Assembly (NCBI GenBank): GCA_016706425.1
Contig: JADJJR010000001.1
Coordinates: 619,133-683,132 of the forward strand
Direction: 5' to 3'
Origin: Elusimicrobiota bacterium
Lineage (GTDB): Bacteria > Elusimicrobiota > Elusimicrobia > FEN-1173
DNA: 64,000 nucleotides
The translations under genes were made by a program, and so were the position numbers. The first letter of the stretch is position 1. Every line of letters starts with the position of its first letter. The notes beneath the pieces were generated by a model. It was not told where the DNA came from. It ran no database searches and worked only from the letters and a program-made list of their open reading frames with translations. This document shows, one piece after another, positions 1 through 9,617 of this stretch.

Positions 1-8
1 GTGCCGCA

Positions 9-1424
9 ATGAGGTTCCTTTTGGTTTTGGCGGTGATCGGGACGCCCGGGTTTCTGCGGGCGCAAGAGGACTTGGCGGGGCCGATGGTGTCGACGTCGCC
101 TTACTCGGACGTGGAGGGCGCCGCTCTCGAGGGGCCCAACGAGGACGTGGTTATCGTGGCCGCGCCGCCGCCGCGGCCCGCCTGGATGAGCAAAGCGGAG
201 GGCCTGATGGCCGAGGGCGCGGCGGCCCAGGCGGAAGGGGACCCGCGCGCCGCGCGGCGGGCCTACGCCCGCGCCCTTAAATTGTTCGCCGACAAGGCGG
301 ACGACGCCTCCGTGCTGGACGCGCGACACCGCATCGCGTCCCTTTGGGCGATTCCCAACCCGGATTCCGCCGCGGGGGCGGACGCCGCCGCGGAACCCAC
401 GACGACCATCGTCCCGACCTTTCTCGGCGGGCCCGGGCCGGAGGGCGGCCCCCACAATTACCAGTTCGTGGTCTCCCCCGAAGACCCCTTGGTCCAAAAG
501 TACGTGGCGTTGTACACCGGTCCGCTCAAGGAGCGCACCCAGGCCGCCCTCGATCGCATGGCGGTCCACCAGGAAATGATTCTCAAGACCCTGCGGGCGG
601 AGGGCCTTCCTGAGGAGCTTTTGTACTTGCCCATCGTCGAGAGCGAATACCAACCCTTCGCGGTGTCCCGCGCGGGCGCGGTGGGAATGTGGCAGTTCAT
701 GCCGACGACGGCCCGTTACGCGGGTCTCAAAGTGAACTATTGGATCGACGAGCGCCGCGACCCCGTCAAATCCACGCGGGCGGCCGTCAAGGTTTTGAAA
801 AGCTTGTTCGAGTGGTTCGACGCCTGGTCCCTGGCCCTGGCCGCCTACAACCGGGGCATGTACGGTATCCAGCGGGATTTGGAGTTCACCCGATCGACCG
901 ATTTCAACGCGTTGTCGAAGCGTCAGGGCCTGCCCAAAGAAACGGAACACTATGTTCCCAAAATGATGGCGATGGCGATCATCGCGCGGGATTTCGCCTC
1001 CCACGGTTTTCGCCCCCCCGACCCCCGCCGCCGGCCGGCGCCCGACGAAGTCATTTTGGAAAAGCCGTTGGACCTGAAAGTGGCGGCGGGCGCGGCCAAG
1101 ACCACCGAAGACATTCTGCGGGAATTGAACCCGTCGGTGCGCCTCTGGTGCACGCCCCAGAACGAGAGCGAATTTGTTTTCCGCGTGCCCGCCGGGACCA
1201 AGGGCCGTTTCTTGGAGGCGCTCGCCCAAATCAAAGACTGGACCCCGTCCCCGGGCGTCGTGCGGTACAAAGTGCAGAGGGGGGACGTGCTCGGGCGCAT
1301 CGCCCTCAAATACCGCACCACCGCCTCCGCCATCCAACGCGACAACAAGATCACGAACCCCAACCGGGTCCGCCCCGGGCAGGTGCTGGTCATCCGCCCC
1401 GGCCGCGGGTTCAAGGGCGATTGA
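9..1424 (+). CDS. Lytic murein transglycosylase (SLT domain) with C-terminal LysM domain, MltD-like
   Basis: Signal peptide MRFLLVLAVIGTPGFLRA. SLT motifs ESEYQPFAVSRAGAVGMWQFMPTTARY and AYNRG. C-terminal LysM (YKVQRGDVLGRIALKY...VRPGQVLVI). Confidence 0.75.
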   Translation: MRFLLVLAVIGTPGFLRAQEDLAGPMVSTSPYSDVEGAALEGPNEDVVIVAAPPPRPAWMSKAEGLMAEGAAAQAEGDPRAARRAYARALKLFADKADDASVLDARHRIASLWAIPNPDSAAGADAAAEPTTTIVPTFLGGPGPEGGPHNYQFVVSPEDPLVQKYVALYTGPLKERTQAALDRMAVHQEMILKTLRAEGLPEELLYLPIVESEYQPFAVSRAGAVGMWQFMPTTARYAGLKVNYWIDERRDPVKSTRAAVKVLKSLFEWFDAWSLALAAYNRGMYGIQRDLEFTRSTDFNALSKRQGLPKETEHYVPKMMAMAIIARDFASHGFRPPDPRRRPAPDEVILEKPLDLKVAAGAAKTTEDILRELNPSVRLWCTPQNESEFVFRVPAGTKGRFLEALAQIKDWTPSPGVVRYKVQRGDVLGRIALKYRTTASAIQRDNKITNPNRVRPGQVLVIRPGRGFKGD

Positions 1425-2812
1425 TGGACGAGATCCGGTTCGGCACCGACGGTTGGCGCGGCCGAATCGCGTCGGAGTTCTCCTTCCGCAACGTCCGCCG
1501 CGCGGCCGACGCCTTGGCGCGGGTGTTGCCGCCGCGGTCGCGCGTGGCCCTGGGGGGGGACCATCGCTTTTTGTCGGAGGAGTTCGCCCTTTCGGCGGCG
1601 AATGTGTTGGCGGCCCGGGGACACCGTCCCATCCTGGCGGACGGGCCCACCACGAGCCCCGCGCTCTCCTTTGCCTTGAAGGGATTGCGGGCCGCCGCGG
1701 GGGTGATGATCACCGCGAGTCACAACCCGCCCGTGGACAACGGGTTTAAAATCAAAATTCCGCCGGGCCGATCCGCCCCGCCGGAATGGACCGCGCGCCT
1801 GGAAAACGCTTTGACCCCCGAGGACCCGATCGCCCCCCCGGGGCCCATTGAGCGGTTTCCCATCCTGGACGCCTACGCCACGGGACTTCTGGCCCGCCGC
1901 GACCCGACGTTGTGGAGGGGGAAAAAATTTCCCGTGGTGGTGGACGCCATGCACGGCTCGGGCGGGCGGGTGTGGGCGCGTCTGTTCGCGGCGATGCGGT
2001 GGCCGGGGACCCTCTTGCGGGACAACCGGGATCCGCTCTTCGGCGGAACGCCGCCGGAACCGATTGAAAAGAACTTGGCCCCCCTCATCGAGGCCGTGCG
2101 CGCGCGCAAGGCGGCCCTGGGTCTCGCTCTTGACGGGGACGCCGACCGGTTGGGGGTGGTCGACGAGACGGGGACGTATTTGCCCCCGCACACGGTGTTC
2201 CCTTTGCTCCTTCAGCATTTGACCGAAAACCGCCGGCTCAAGGGCGCCGTTGTCCAGGCGGTGTCGTTGGGGTACGTTTCCGAACGCCTCGCCCGGGCGA
2301 AAGGCTTGCCCTGGGGGGAGGTGCCCGTCGGGTTCAAGCACGTGGCCGACGTCATGGGAAAAAAGCGGGTCCTGTTGGGCGGCGAAGAATCCGGGGGCTA
2401 CGGCGTGGGCCTCTGGACCCCCGAGCGGGATGGGGTTTTGATGGGACTCCTGCTGATGGAATTGGTCACCGCCGCCGGACGCCCCCTTTCGGTGTTGGTG
2501 CGCGAACTGGCCGCCGCCCACGGCGCATCGTCCTTTCAGCGCGCGGACACGCCGCTGCGCGCGCCGGTCGCCGACAAGAACCTTTGGACGGAGGCGGTGT
2601 CCAAGCGCGTGCCGGAGAAATTCGCGGGCCGTGTCGTGAAAGAGCGACGGACTTTGGACGGGTTGAAAGTCGTCTTCGACGACGCGTCCTGGGTTTTGTT
2701 GCGGCCCAGCGGCACGGAGCCCCTGTTGCGCGTTTACGCCGAGACCCCGGATTCCGCCCGGACCGCCCAGTTGGTGGCCAAGGCCCAGGAGTGGGCCGCG
2801 GTGCGCGCGTGA
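1424..2812 (+). CDS. Phosphoglucomutase/phosphomannomutase family (alpha-D-phosphohexomutase)
   Basis: GTDGWRG and TASHNPP active-site motifs. ATG overlaps the upstream stop (TGATG). The 689..2812 ORF in the track is an unsupported N-terminal extension. Confidence 0.8.
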   Translation: MDEIRFGTDGWRGRIASEFSFRNVRRAADALARVLPPRSRVALGGDHRFLSEEFALSAANVLAARGHRPILADGPTTSPALSFALKGLRAAAGVMITASHNPPVDNGFKIKIPPGRSAPPEWTARLENALTPEDPIAPPGPIERFPILDAYATGLLARRDPTLWRGKKFPVVVDAMHGSGGRVWARLFAAMRWPGTLLRDNRDPLFGGTPPEPIEKNLAPLIEAVRARKAALGLALDGDADRLGVVDETGTYLPPHTVFPLLLQHLTENRRLKGAVVQAVSLGYVSERLARAKGLPWGEVPVGFKHVADVMGKKRVLLGGEESGGYGVGLWTPERDGVLMGLLLMELVTAAGRPLSVLVRELAAAHGASSFQRADTPLRAPVADKNLWTEAVSKRVPEKFAGRVVKERRTLDGLKVVFDDASWVLLRPSGTEPLLRVYAETPDSARTAQLVAKAQEWAAVRA

Positions 2813-3022
2813 GGCTTCGACGGAAATTCGACAGGAACGGCCGATTTGATGCAAGCGAACACCGCGTTTTTCTGACGTGGAAGGGCTTGCTTATTAAAGG
2901 TTTCAGCTTATACTAATAGAAGATGCGGACGGACCGCGACCGTTGGGAGGACGGCCGCGCGGGCCCCTTGACCGAGGAGAAGGTTCAATGAATCATCGAG
3001 CGGGAAAGAAAGGGAGGACGCG

Positions 3023-4420
3023 GTGTCCCTAGTGGAACCCCAACCTCTCTTTTTGTCGTCTTCGGGCCGGGGTCGCGGGGCCCACGCTCTGGCCATTCTC
3101 GCCGGGCCGGCCGGCCTTCCGCTGTTCTCCATCCTGCTTTTGTGGGCGATGATCCGGTCGCCTTTCCCCGCCGTGCACCTCTACCCGTTGTTCGTCGTGT
3201 TGTCGCTCGGCCTTTACCTGCTCGCCGGTCTCGGTTGGGCTTTCGGGGCGACGCTCGTGGCCACGGCTGTCGGGTTCGTGGGCTTCTTTTTTTCATCGGA
3301 AACGTGGGCCCGACCGATGTACGCCCTGGGCGCGGGCCTCGTGTGGGGGATTTTCTGGGTGCTCGCCCGGTTCGACCGCAAGCGGCACCTGTCGTGGAAC
3401 CGGTTCCACGAAGAATGGGACGGGTTGGAACTGGAATTGTCCCGGTTGAACGCCGACCTGGAATCCTCCCGTTCAATCATCGAGGACAACCGCGCCCGGA
3501 TCAACGCCTTCGACCGGCTTCAACTGTTCACCGATGATCTCATCGGTCCTTACCACCGCGACGAGTTGTTGCAGCGCGCCCAGGCGGGTCTGGGCACCAT
3601 GTTCCCCAAAGGCCGCGTCACCCTGCACCTTTTTCCCAAGCCCGACGCGCCCGACCCGTCCGACGATTGGGGGATGAAGGTGTTGCAGTGGGGCCAACCC
3701 CGTCTGCTGGCCTCGCGGACGTCGACCACCCCGAGTTGGGAACCCGGTCTTTTCATCTGCCTGCCGGTCAAGGGGCGGGAGAGTTTTCTGGGGTGGATCG
3801 GGATTGAATCCAAATCGACGGAAACCCCCCTGCGCATTCACGACCTGCGGCTGGCGTCCATCGCGGCCGACCTGATCTCGCTCGCCCTCGGGAACACGGA
3901 AAAATACAGCCAGACCGAGGCCCTCGCCATTTCCGACGAGCTCACCGGCATCTACACCCGGGGGTATTTCAACGAGCGCCTGCAGGAGGAATTCGGCAAG
4001 GCGCGCCACAACAGCCGGCCCTTCGCCCTGGTGCTCCTGGACATCGACCACTTCAAAAAAGTCAACGACGCGCACGGCCACCACATGGGCGACGAGGTCC
4101 TGCGCTGGCTGGCGCGGCTGGTGACGGCGCAGGCCCGGGAAACCGATTTCGTCGCCCGCTACGGGGGCGAGGAGTTCGTCATCATCATGCCCGCGGCCCG
4201 GGGCACCGACGCCCTGCGGTTCACCCAACGCCTCATCAAGACCATCGCCGGCACGCCCTTCCGATGGGGGCAGAAGAAAATCAAGATCACCGTGTCGGCC
4301 GGGGTGTCGAGTTTGAAAGACGAAGTGCCCTCGGAAGAGGAATTGCTGCGACGGGCCGACGAGGCCCTCTACGCCGCCAAGAACGCGGGCCGCAACCGGG
4401 TGTGCGCCTATGCGGATTGA
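3023..4420 (+). CDS. Membrane-anchored GGDEF diguanylate cyclase
   Basis: GTG start with a GGGAGG SD 5 nt upstream. N-terminal TM helices. GGDEF domain (LTGIYTRGYFNERL...RYGGEEFVIIM). Confidence 0.7.
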   Translation: MSLVEPQPLFLSSSGRGRGAHALAILAGPAGLPLFSILLLWAMIRSPFPAVHLYPLFVVLSLGLYLLAGLGWAFGATLVATAVGFVGFFFSSETWARPMYALGAGLVWGIFWVLARFDRKRHLSWNRFHEEWDGLELELSRLNADLESSRSIIEDNRARINAFDRLQLFTDDLIGPYHRDELLQRAQAGLGTMFPKGRVTLHLFPKPDAPDPSDDWGMKVLQWGQPRLLASRTSTTPSWEPGLFICLPVKGRESFLGWIGIESKSTETPLRIHDLRLASIAADLISLALGNTEKYSQTEALAISDELTGIYTRGYFNERLQEEFGKARHNSRPFALVLLDIDHFKKVNDAHGHHMGDEVLRWLARLVTAQARETDFVARYGGEEFVIIMPAARGTDALRFTQRLIKTIAGTPFRWGQKKIKITVSAGVSSLKDEVPSEEELLRRADEALYAAKNAGRNRVCAYAD

Positions 4421-5756
4421 CATCGGGTTGACGCACGCGTTGTTGTTCTGGGGCACGGTGCCCGTGCTGTGGGGGTGCGTGCTGTACCGGGACGCGCGGT
4501 GTTTTTTCGTCGCCGGGGTGTTCAGCTTTTTGGCCGTGATGCACGCCTCGCTGGGCGGCGGGGGCGCGGTGGACCTGGCGATCCATTTGGCGGCCTACGG
4601 GGCGGGCGTGCTGGTCCCCCTCTTTTTCCGCCGGGCGCAGACCCAAATCGAACGCGAGTTTTCCCGTCGGCGCACGGCCCTCCTGGACCAGCGCGCCAAA
4701 GCCGCGCAACGGCACGAAGCCGTGCTGAAAGAAAAGAACGCCCTGCAGGACGACTTGGAGCGGTTGCAGAACCGCTTTGCCCTGGTTCAAGTGATGGCCA
4801 CCAAGCTCGAAGCGGGGGAAATCCTGCAAACGCTGGGCCACATGTGGAAGAAACGGACCGGGGTGAAGGGCTGCCTCATCCTGCGCAAGCAGCTCAACGG
4901 CAATTGGAGCACCGCGTTCACCGACGGGCATTTCAACGCGCAGGACTGGGTGCGGGTGCTCGCCTCTTACCCGTCGATCGCCCGTTCGCGCAACATCCGG
5001 CGCTACACCGGCTCCAGCCGCCAGCTGGTGCTCCCCGGGCAGCCGTTCGGATCGACGTGCCTGCTCGTGCCGTTCAACTGGGACAAGGACATCCTCGCCA
5101 TGGGCATCGTGGAGGTGGAGCCGCAGCGCCTCCAGGACTCGACGGAAGGATTCAACATCGAGCGGAAATTGGTGTCGATCGGCTTGCGCCGGGCCGATCT
5201 TTACGATTTAATGACGGAGCGCAGCCGCTTCGACGCCCTGACGGGGGCTTTCCTCCGGCGGAGCCTCACGGAGCGGCTGGAAGACGCCCTGCGCAAGAGC
5301 CACCGGTACAACACGCCGATGTTCTTCGCGCTCATGGACATCGACCACTTTAAAACCCTGAACGATCGCTGGGGCCATCTGGTGGGGGACAAGGTATTGA
5401 TCCACCTGGCCCACGTCATTCGACGGCTCGCGCACCCGGGCATCACGCTGGGGCGCTTCGGCGGCGACGAGTTCGCTTTGATCTTGGAAATGGAGACCGT
5501 GACGGAAGTGTTCACCTGGTTCGAACGTTTGCGGCAGGCGGTGGCCGAATCCCCCCTGCGCGATCGGGAAGCGATGATTCGGTACACCCTGAGCGCGGGG
5601 GTCAGCGCCTACATGCCCGACCGGCCCCCGCTGTCGGAGCTGATGGCCCAGGCGGACCACGCCCTCTACCAAGCCAAGAAAATGGGCCGCGACCGGGTGG
5701 TGCTGTGGAAAGCGCCGGGCAGTCCCTCGTCCAGCCGGAAAACCGTGAGCGTCTGA
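4410..5756 (+). CDS. Membrane-anchored GGDEF diguanylate cyclase with coiled-coil
   Basis: TM N-terminus, coiled-coil segment, GGDEF domain (LTGAFLRRSL...RFGGDEFALIL). Overlaps the upstream GGDEF gene by 11 nt. Confidence 0.7.
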   Translation: MRIDIGLTHALLFWGTVPVLWGCVLYRDARCFFVAGVFSFLAVMHASLGGGGAVDLAIHLAAYGAGVLVPLFFRRAQTQIEREFSRRRTALLDQRAKAAQRHEAVLKEKNALQDDLERLQNRFALVQVMATKLEAGEILQTLGHMWKKRTGVKGCLILRKQLNGNWSTAFTDGHFNAQDWVRVLASYPSIARSRNIRRYTGSSRQLVLPGQPFGSTCLLVPFNWDKDILAMGIVEVEPQRLQDSTEGFNIERKLVSIGLRRADLYDLMTERSRFDALTGAFLRRSLTERLEDALRKSHRYNTPMFFALMDIDHFKTLNDRWGHLVGDKVLIHLAHVIRRLAHPGITLGRFGGDEFALILEMETVTEVFTWFERLRQAVAESPLRDREAMIRYTLSAGVSAYMPDRPPLSELMAQADHALYQAKKMGRDRVVLWKAPGSPSSSRKTVSV

Positions 5757-5760
5757 TCCC

Positions 5761-6873
5761 ATGTCCCGCGTCGTCCTTCAAAACGTGTCGAAGTGGTACG
5801 GCCTCGTTCCCGCGCTCGAAAACGTGAGCCTCGAGGTGGAGGACCGGGAGTTGTTCGTGCTCGTCGGTCCCTCCGGGTGCGGCAAGACGTCCTTGTTGCG
5901 CCTCATCGCGGGCCTCGACGACGTGACCGAGGGAAAAATCCAGATCGATAAACGCGTCGTCAACCACGACCCGCCCAAGGCGCGGAACGTGGCCATGGTT
6001 TTCCAAAACTACGCCCTTTACCCGCACATGACCGTCCTGGACAACATGGCCTTCGGTCTGCGCATGCGGGGTTACTCCGAGGAGGAGATCCAGACGCGCG
6101 TCCGCCAGGCGGCGGAAATGCTGGAGCTCCTGCCCCTCCTCAACCGCAAGCCCAACGAAATTTCCGGCGGCCAGCGCCAGCGGGTGGCCGTGGGGCGCGC
6201 CATCGTGCGCAAGCCGCGGGTGTTCCTCTTCGACGAGCCTTTCAGCAACCTGGACGCCAAAATGCGCGTGGAAACGCGCGGGGAACTTTTGCGGCTCCAC
6301 CAGCGGCTGCAGACCACCATGATCTACGTGACCCACGACCAAGTGGAGGCCATGACCCTGGGCGACCGCATCGCCGTCCTCAAGGACGGCGCGATCCAGC
6401 AGGTGGGAAAGCCGCTGGAGCTTTATCGGCGGCCGAAGAACCGGTTCGTCGCCGAGTTCATCGGCAGCCCCTCCATGAATTTTTTCAACGTGACGATCCT
6501 CGACCGGGGGGACAGCCTGTGGTTGGACCAGGGCCATTTTCAATTGAAGTTGCCGCCGCGGTTTCGACGGGCGGGCGGTTTGAAGGACGGCATGGAGGCC
6601 CTGCTGGGCGTGCGTCCGGAGGACATCCACGACCGGCTTTTCCAAACCGGGGCCGTGACCGAGGGAAACACGGTCATCGCCATCGTCCAGTTGGTCGAGC
6701 CGGTGGGCGCGGAGACCCACGTCCACCTGGAGGCCGGTGGAACGCGCTTCTTGGCGCGGGTCCACGCGGACAACCCCCTCGAAATGAACCAGCCCATGGA
6801 ACTCGTTTTCGACCTCGACAAAATCCACATCTTCACGCGCAACGGCAAGGAACGCCTCGCCCCCGAACCATGA
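5761..6873 (+). CDS. ABC transporter ATP-binding protein, MalK/UgpC-type (orphan; no permease or SBP adjacent)
   Basis: Walker A GPSGCGKTS, signature ISGGQRQRVAVGRA, Walker B VFLFDEPFSNLD. C-terminal MalK-like regulatory domain. Confidence 0.8.
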   Translation: MSRVVLQNVSKWYGLVPALENVSLEVEDRELFVLVGPSGCGKTSLLRLIAGLDDVTEGKIQIDKRVVNHDPPKARNVAMVFQNYALYPHMTVLDNMAFGLRMRGYSEEEIQTRVRQAAEMLELLPLLNRKPNEISGGQRQRVAVGRAIVRKPRVFLFDEPFSNLDAKMRVETRGELLRLHQRLQTTMIYVTHDQVEAMTLGDRIAVLKDGAIQQVGKPLELYRRPKNRFVAEFIGSPSMNFFNVTILDRGDSLWLDQGHFQLKLPPRFRRAGGLKDGMEALLGVRPEDIHDRLFQTGAVTEGNTVIAIVQLVEPVGAETHVHLEAGGTRFLARVHADNPLEMNQPMELVFDLDKIHIFTRNGKERLAPEP

Positions 6874-7655
6874 AGAGACGGGTCTTTGCCGTGGCCGCGT
6901 GGAACACGGCGCGGATTCGGTTCTTGGCGGTCGCCGGCCTTCTCTTGTTTGAATGCGCGCTCCCCCGCACCGTCGCCGCCGCGACAAAGCCCCGCGTTTG
7001 GGCGCGTGTCCCCGAAGGCATGGTGGAATACAACAAAGAAGAAATTTTCGTTCCCGCGTTCTCCATCGCGACCGACGCGTGGGTGGAGAATCCCGACGAC
7101 CCCCCCTGCCCGGTCCCGACCGTTGCCCAATACCTCCGGGCCGCCCGGCATGCGGCCATTCGGCCGAGCGACGCTTTTGAATTCCTTCAAACGCCCCCCG
7201 AAGACGCGTGCACCTGGAACCGGGAGGTGTTGGAGGCCGAGGGGATCGACGGACACGTTTATTTCGCGGGCCTGGGCGCCCACCGACCCCGGGAACTGGA
7301 GTTTACCGCCGGGGGGGCGGCGGCCCGGGACTCCGTTTCCAAAATCCATTCAAACATCTACAGTTTCTGGGGCGAAGAGTACAAGCCGTCACCGCGGAAA
7401 CGGCGTTGCGTGGACAACGGGACCGGCGCGTTTATCCCTGCGGTTGTCACCGGGGACGGCGCCGAGCTGAAAACCCGGCGGGACGACGCCTCCCGAACAA
7501 AAATGACGATCCCCCCGGGTTCCCAAGTCGGCGTCATCCACAGGGAGGGGGAATGGGTTTTCATCGAGGCCGCCGGGGTCCACCCCTGCCAACCCGACCC
7601 GGCGTGGACGACGTTCAAAGATTTCGGTTGGATTCATCGGGCCCTTTTGAAATAG
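6870..7655 (+). CDS. Secreted hypothetical protein, Cys-containing, C-terminal SH3b-like segment
   Basis: ATG overlaps the ABC ATPase stop (ATGA). Signal peptide MKRRVFAVAAWNTARIRFLAVAGLLLFECA. No recognisable catalytic motif. Confidence 0.5.
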   Translation: MKRRVFAVAAWNTARIRFLAVAGLLLFECALPRTVAAATKPRVWARVPEGMVEYNKEEIFVPAFSIATDAWVENPDDPPCPVPTVAQYLRAARHAAIRPSDAFEFLQTPPEDACTWNREVLEAEGIDGHVYFAGLGAHRPRELEFTAGGAAARDSVSKIHSNIYSFWGEEYKPSPRKRRCVDNGTGAFIPAVVTGDGAELKTRRDDASRTKMTIPPGSQVGVIHREGEWVFIEAAGVHPCQPDPAWTTFKDFGWIHRALLK

Positions 7656-7746
7656 GACCCGGCGGGGCTCGCCGACCCCCGAAAGGCCGGGCAAGGGAGA
7701 GGTGAAGTTGACCGGGGCCGTCGAAAAAAGCGATAATTGTGTTTCA

Positions 7747-7832
7747 GCCGGGGTGGCGAAATTGGCAGACGCGCGAGACTCAAAATCTCGAGTGGCTTAG
7801 GCTACGTGGGGGTTCAAGTCCCCCCTCCGGCA
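7747..7832 (+). tRNA. tRNA-Leu (anticodon CAA), long variable arm
   Basis: Acceptor GCCGGGG/CTCCGGC (one G-U). Anticodon stem CGAGA/TCTCG with loop CTCAAAA. T-arm GGGGG TTCAAGT CCCCC. Discriminator A. 86 nt. Confidence 0.85.
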
Positions 7833-7888
7833 GATTTGAAGACTCTTTCCCCGATGGCGAGGGGGAGGGACTTGAACGGCAATCCGCG
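7815..7888. repeat. 74-bp direct repeat copy 1; overlaps the 3' 18 nt of tRNA-Leu
   Basis: Identical except for 1 nt to 7992..8065. The unit contains the tRNA T-arm/acceptor 3' end followed by a convergent tRNA-3'-end-like motif (tggcgagggggagggacttgaac). Confidence 0.7.
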
Positions 7889-7991
7889 CCGAGCGAAGAG
7901 CGAGGAAAAGGGCCCGCCGGGCGGGCCCGGCAGCGGATCGACAGGCCTGGAGGGACCGCGGCGGGCGGGGGAAAGCCGCGGACCCGGAAGG

Positions 7992-8065
7992 CAAGTCCCC
8001 CCTCCGGCAGATTTGAAGACTCTTTCCCCGATGGCGAGGGGGAGGGACTTGAACGGCGATCCGCG
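7992..8065. repeat. 74-bp direct repeat copy 2 (partial tRNA-Leu 3' end duplication, att-like)
   Basis: 73/74 identity to 7815..7888. No complete tRNA upstream of this copy. Confidence 0.7.
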
Positions 8066-8082
8066 TTGACCCGCACAACACC

Positions 8083-8775
8083 GTGTTTTTGACCATGACC
8101 GACCCTTCACCCACCGACGGCCACCGTGCCCGGCTTCGCGATCGCTGGCATCGCGCCGGGTCCAAAGGCTTTGCCGATCACGAGTTGCTTGAACTGTTGC
8201 TCACCTATGTGTTCCGACGCACCGATACCAAACCGCTGGCCAAACGCCTGCTGGAGCGCTTTCACGGCCTCAAGGGCGTTTTGGACGCCACCCCCGAGCA
8301 AATTGAAGAGGTGGCGGGCGCGGGGCCGCGCGCGGCCGAGTTCGTGTCCCTGCTTCGGGGTGCGATGGAGCGTTATTTCGAAACGGACGTGCGCCGCACG
8401 GATCTTTTGAACACCCCCGAGGCGGTGGTCGCCTACTGCCGGGCCGCCCTGGAAGGCCTTCCCCACGAGGTCTTCGACGTGATTTACCTGACCGCCAAAA
8501 ACCGGGTCTTGAGCCGGGAACGCCTGGCTGAAGGCACTATCGACCAGGCGGCCGTGTACCCGCGTAAAGTCGTCACCCGCGCCCTCGCGGCCAACGCGGC
8601 CGGGTTGGTGTTCGTGCACAACCACCCCTCCGGCGATCCCGAGCCCTCGCCGGACGACCGCCGGTTGACGCAACGCCTGAGGGACGCCGCCCAATTGGTC
8701 GGCATTCCCGTCCTGGATCACATCATCGTCGGCAACGGACGCCACGTGAGTTTCCGCGAGAAGGGCCTGCTCTGA
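8083..8775 (+). CDS. radC: RadC-like JAB-domain protein (UPF0758)
   Basis: HhH-like N-terminus (ELLELLLTY...), JAMM motif [14 protein letters not shown]. Confidence 0.8.
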   Translation: MFLTMTDPSPTDGHRARLRDRWHRAGSKGFADHELLELLLTYVFRRTDTKPLAKRLLERFHGLKGVLDATPEQIEEVAGAGPRAAEFVSLLRGAMERYFETDVRRTDLLNTPEAVVAYCRAALEGLPHEVFDVIYLTAKNRVLSRERLAEGTIDQAAVYPRKVVTRALAANAAGLVFVHNHPSGDPEPSPDDRRLTQRLRDAAQLVGIPVLDHIIVGNGRHVSFREKGLL

Positions 8776-8801
8776 CCCCCCGCGCCCGCTGGTGGGGCGC
8801 C

Positions 8802-9155
8802 GTGGCGTTGTGGTGCGCCCTCATCTTCTCCCTTTCCTCCGTTCCCGACCGCCGCACCGAGGCGGCGCCTCTGCCCGAAACTCTGTCCCGCAAGGCCGCG
8901 CATCTGGTGGAATACGGCGTGCTGGCTTTCCTCGTCTTGCGGGCCCTGGCCGCCGGCGGCGCGGGGCGAAAAAAAGCCCTCCTGGGGGCGTTCCTCTTCG
9001 CCGTCGTTTTCGCCGCGTCCGACGAATGGCACCAGACCTTTGTGCCCGGCCGCTACGGCAAAGTCCGCGACGTCGCGCTGGACGCCCTGGGCGCCGCCTT
9101 GGCCCTTTCCGTTTATGCCCGACGGTCGTCCTTGTTCCCCCGGGAGGGAAAGTGA
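8802..9155 (+). CDS. VanZ-like family membrane protein
   Basis: About 4 TM segments; conserved DEWHQ motif typical of VanZ. GTG start; the true start may lie further upstream. Confidence 0.55.
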   Translation: MALWCALIFSLSSVPDRRTEAAPLPETLSRKAAHLVEYGVLAFLVLRALAAGGAGRKKALLGAFLFAVVFAASDEWHQTFVPGRYGKVRDVALDALGAALALSVYARRSSLFPREGK

Positions 9156-9562
9156 AAGCGTTCACCGATTACCTGTGGTTCAACACCGAAAAAAGAACCG
9201 ACGTCGTCAACATCACCGAGGATCTCGCCGCGCGGGTGGAGAAAAGCGGCGTGCGGGAGGGGTTCTGTCTCGTGTCGGCCATGCACATCACCGCGGCCAT
9301 TTGGGTCAACGACGAGGAAGCGGGATTGAAAAAAGACGTGATGGTCTGGTTGGAAAAGCTCGCGCCCCGGGGGGACTACCTTCACCACCAAACGGGGGAA
9401 GACAACGCGGACGCCCATTTGAAGAGGACCCTGGTCGGGCATCAAGCCCTGCTCCCCATCACCGGGGGCCGGCTCGACCTGGGCCCCTGGGAACAGGTGT
9501 TTTACATGGAGTTCGACGGCCAACGGCGCAAGCGCGTGGTCGTCAAAGTGATGGGGGAATGA
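9152..9562 (+). CDS. YjbQ/UPF0047 family protein (secondary thiamine-phosphate synthase-like)
   Basis: GTG overlaps the VanZ stop (GTGA). Motifs [12 protein letters not shown] and [19 protein letters not shown] match the YjbQ family. Confidence 0.7.
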   Translation: MKAFTDYLWFNTEKRTDVVNITEDLAARVEKSGVREGFCLVSAMHITAAIWVNDEEAGLKKDVMVWLEKLAPRGDYLHHQTGEDNADAHLKRTLVGHQALLPITGGRLDLGPWEQVFYMEFDGQRRKRVVVKVMGE

Positions 9563-9617
9563 CCCCCGTTCGCCCCCCGGCCCGGCGGTTTTCCGTCGGA
9601 AATGGTACAATGCGACC

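Noticed and set aside
689-1423. N-terminal 245-aa extension of the phosphohexomutase ORF (689..2812), overlapping the transglycosylase gene out of frame
   Set aside because: The extension is R/P-rich with no similarity. The conserved mutase starts at MDEIRFGTDGWRG (ATG 1424), which overlaps the upstream stop.
2813-3022. Possible promoter (TTGCTT-N16-TATACT, ~2886-2915) in the AT-richer spacer before the first GGDEF gene
   Set aside because: It matches consensus only moderately and nothing corroborates it. It is noted but not reported as a feature.
7850-7890. Candidate minus-strand tRNA suggested by the tggcgagggggagggacttgaac (reverse-complement ...GTTCAAGTCCCTCCCCCTCGCCA) motif
   Set aside because: Only a T-loop/acceptor-3'/CCA-like fragment is present. 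No complementary T-stem, anticodon arm or 5' acceptor strand can be formed. It is treated as part of the 74-bp repeat.
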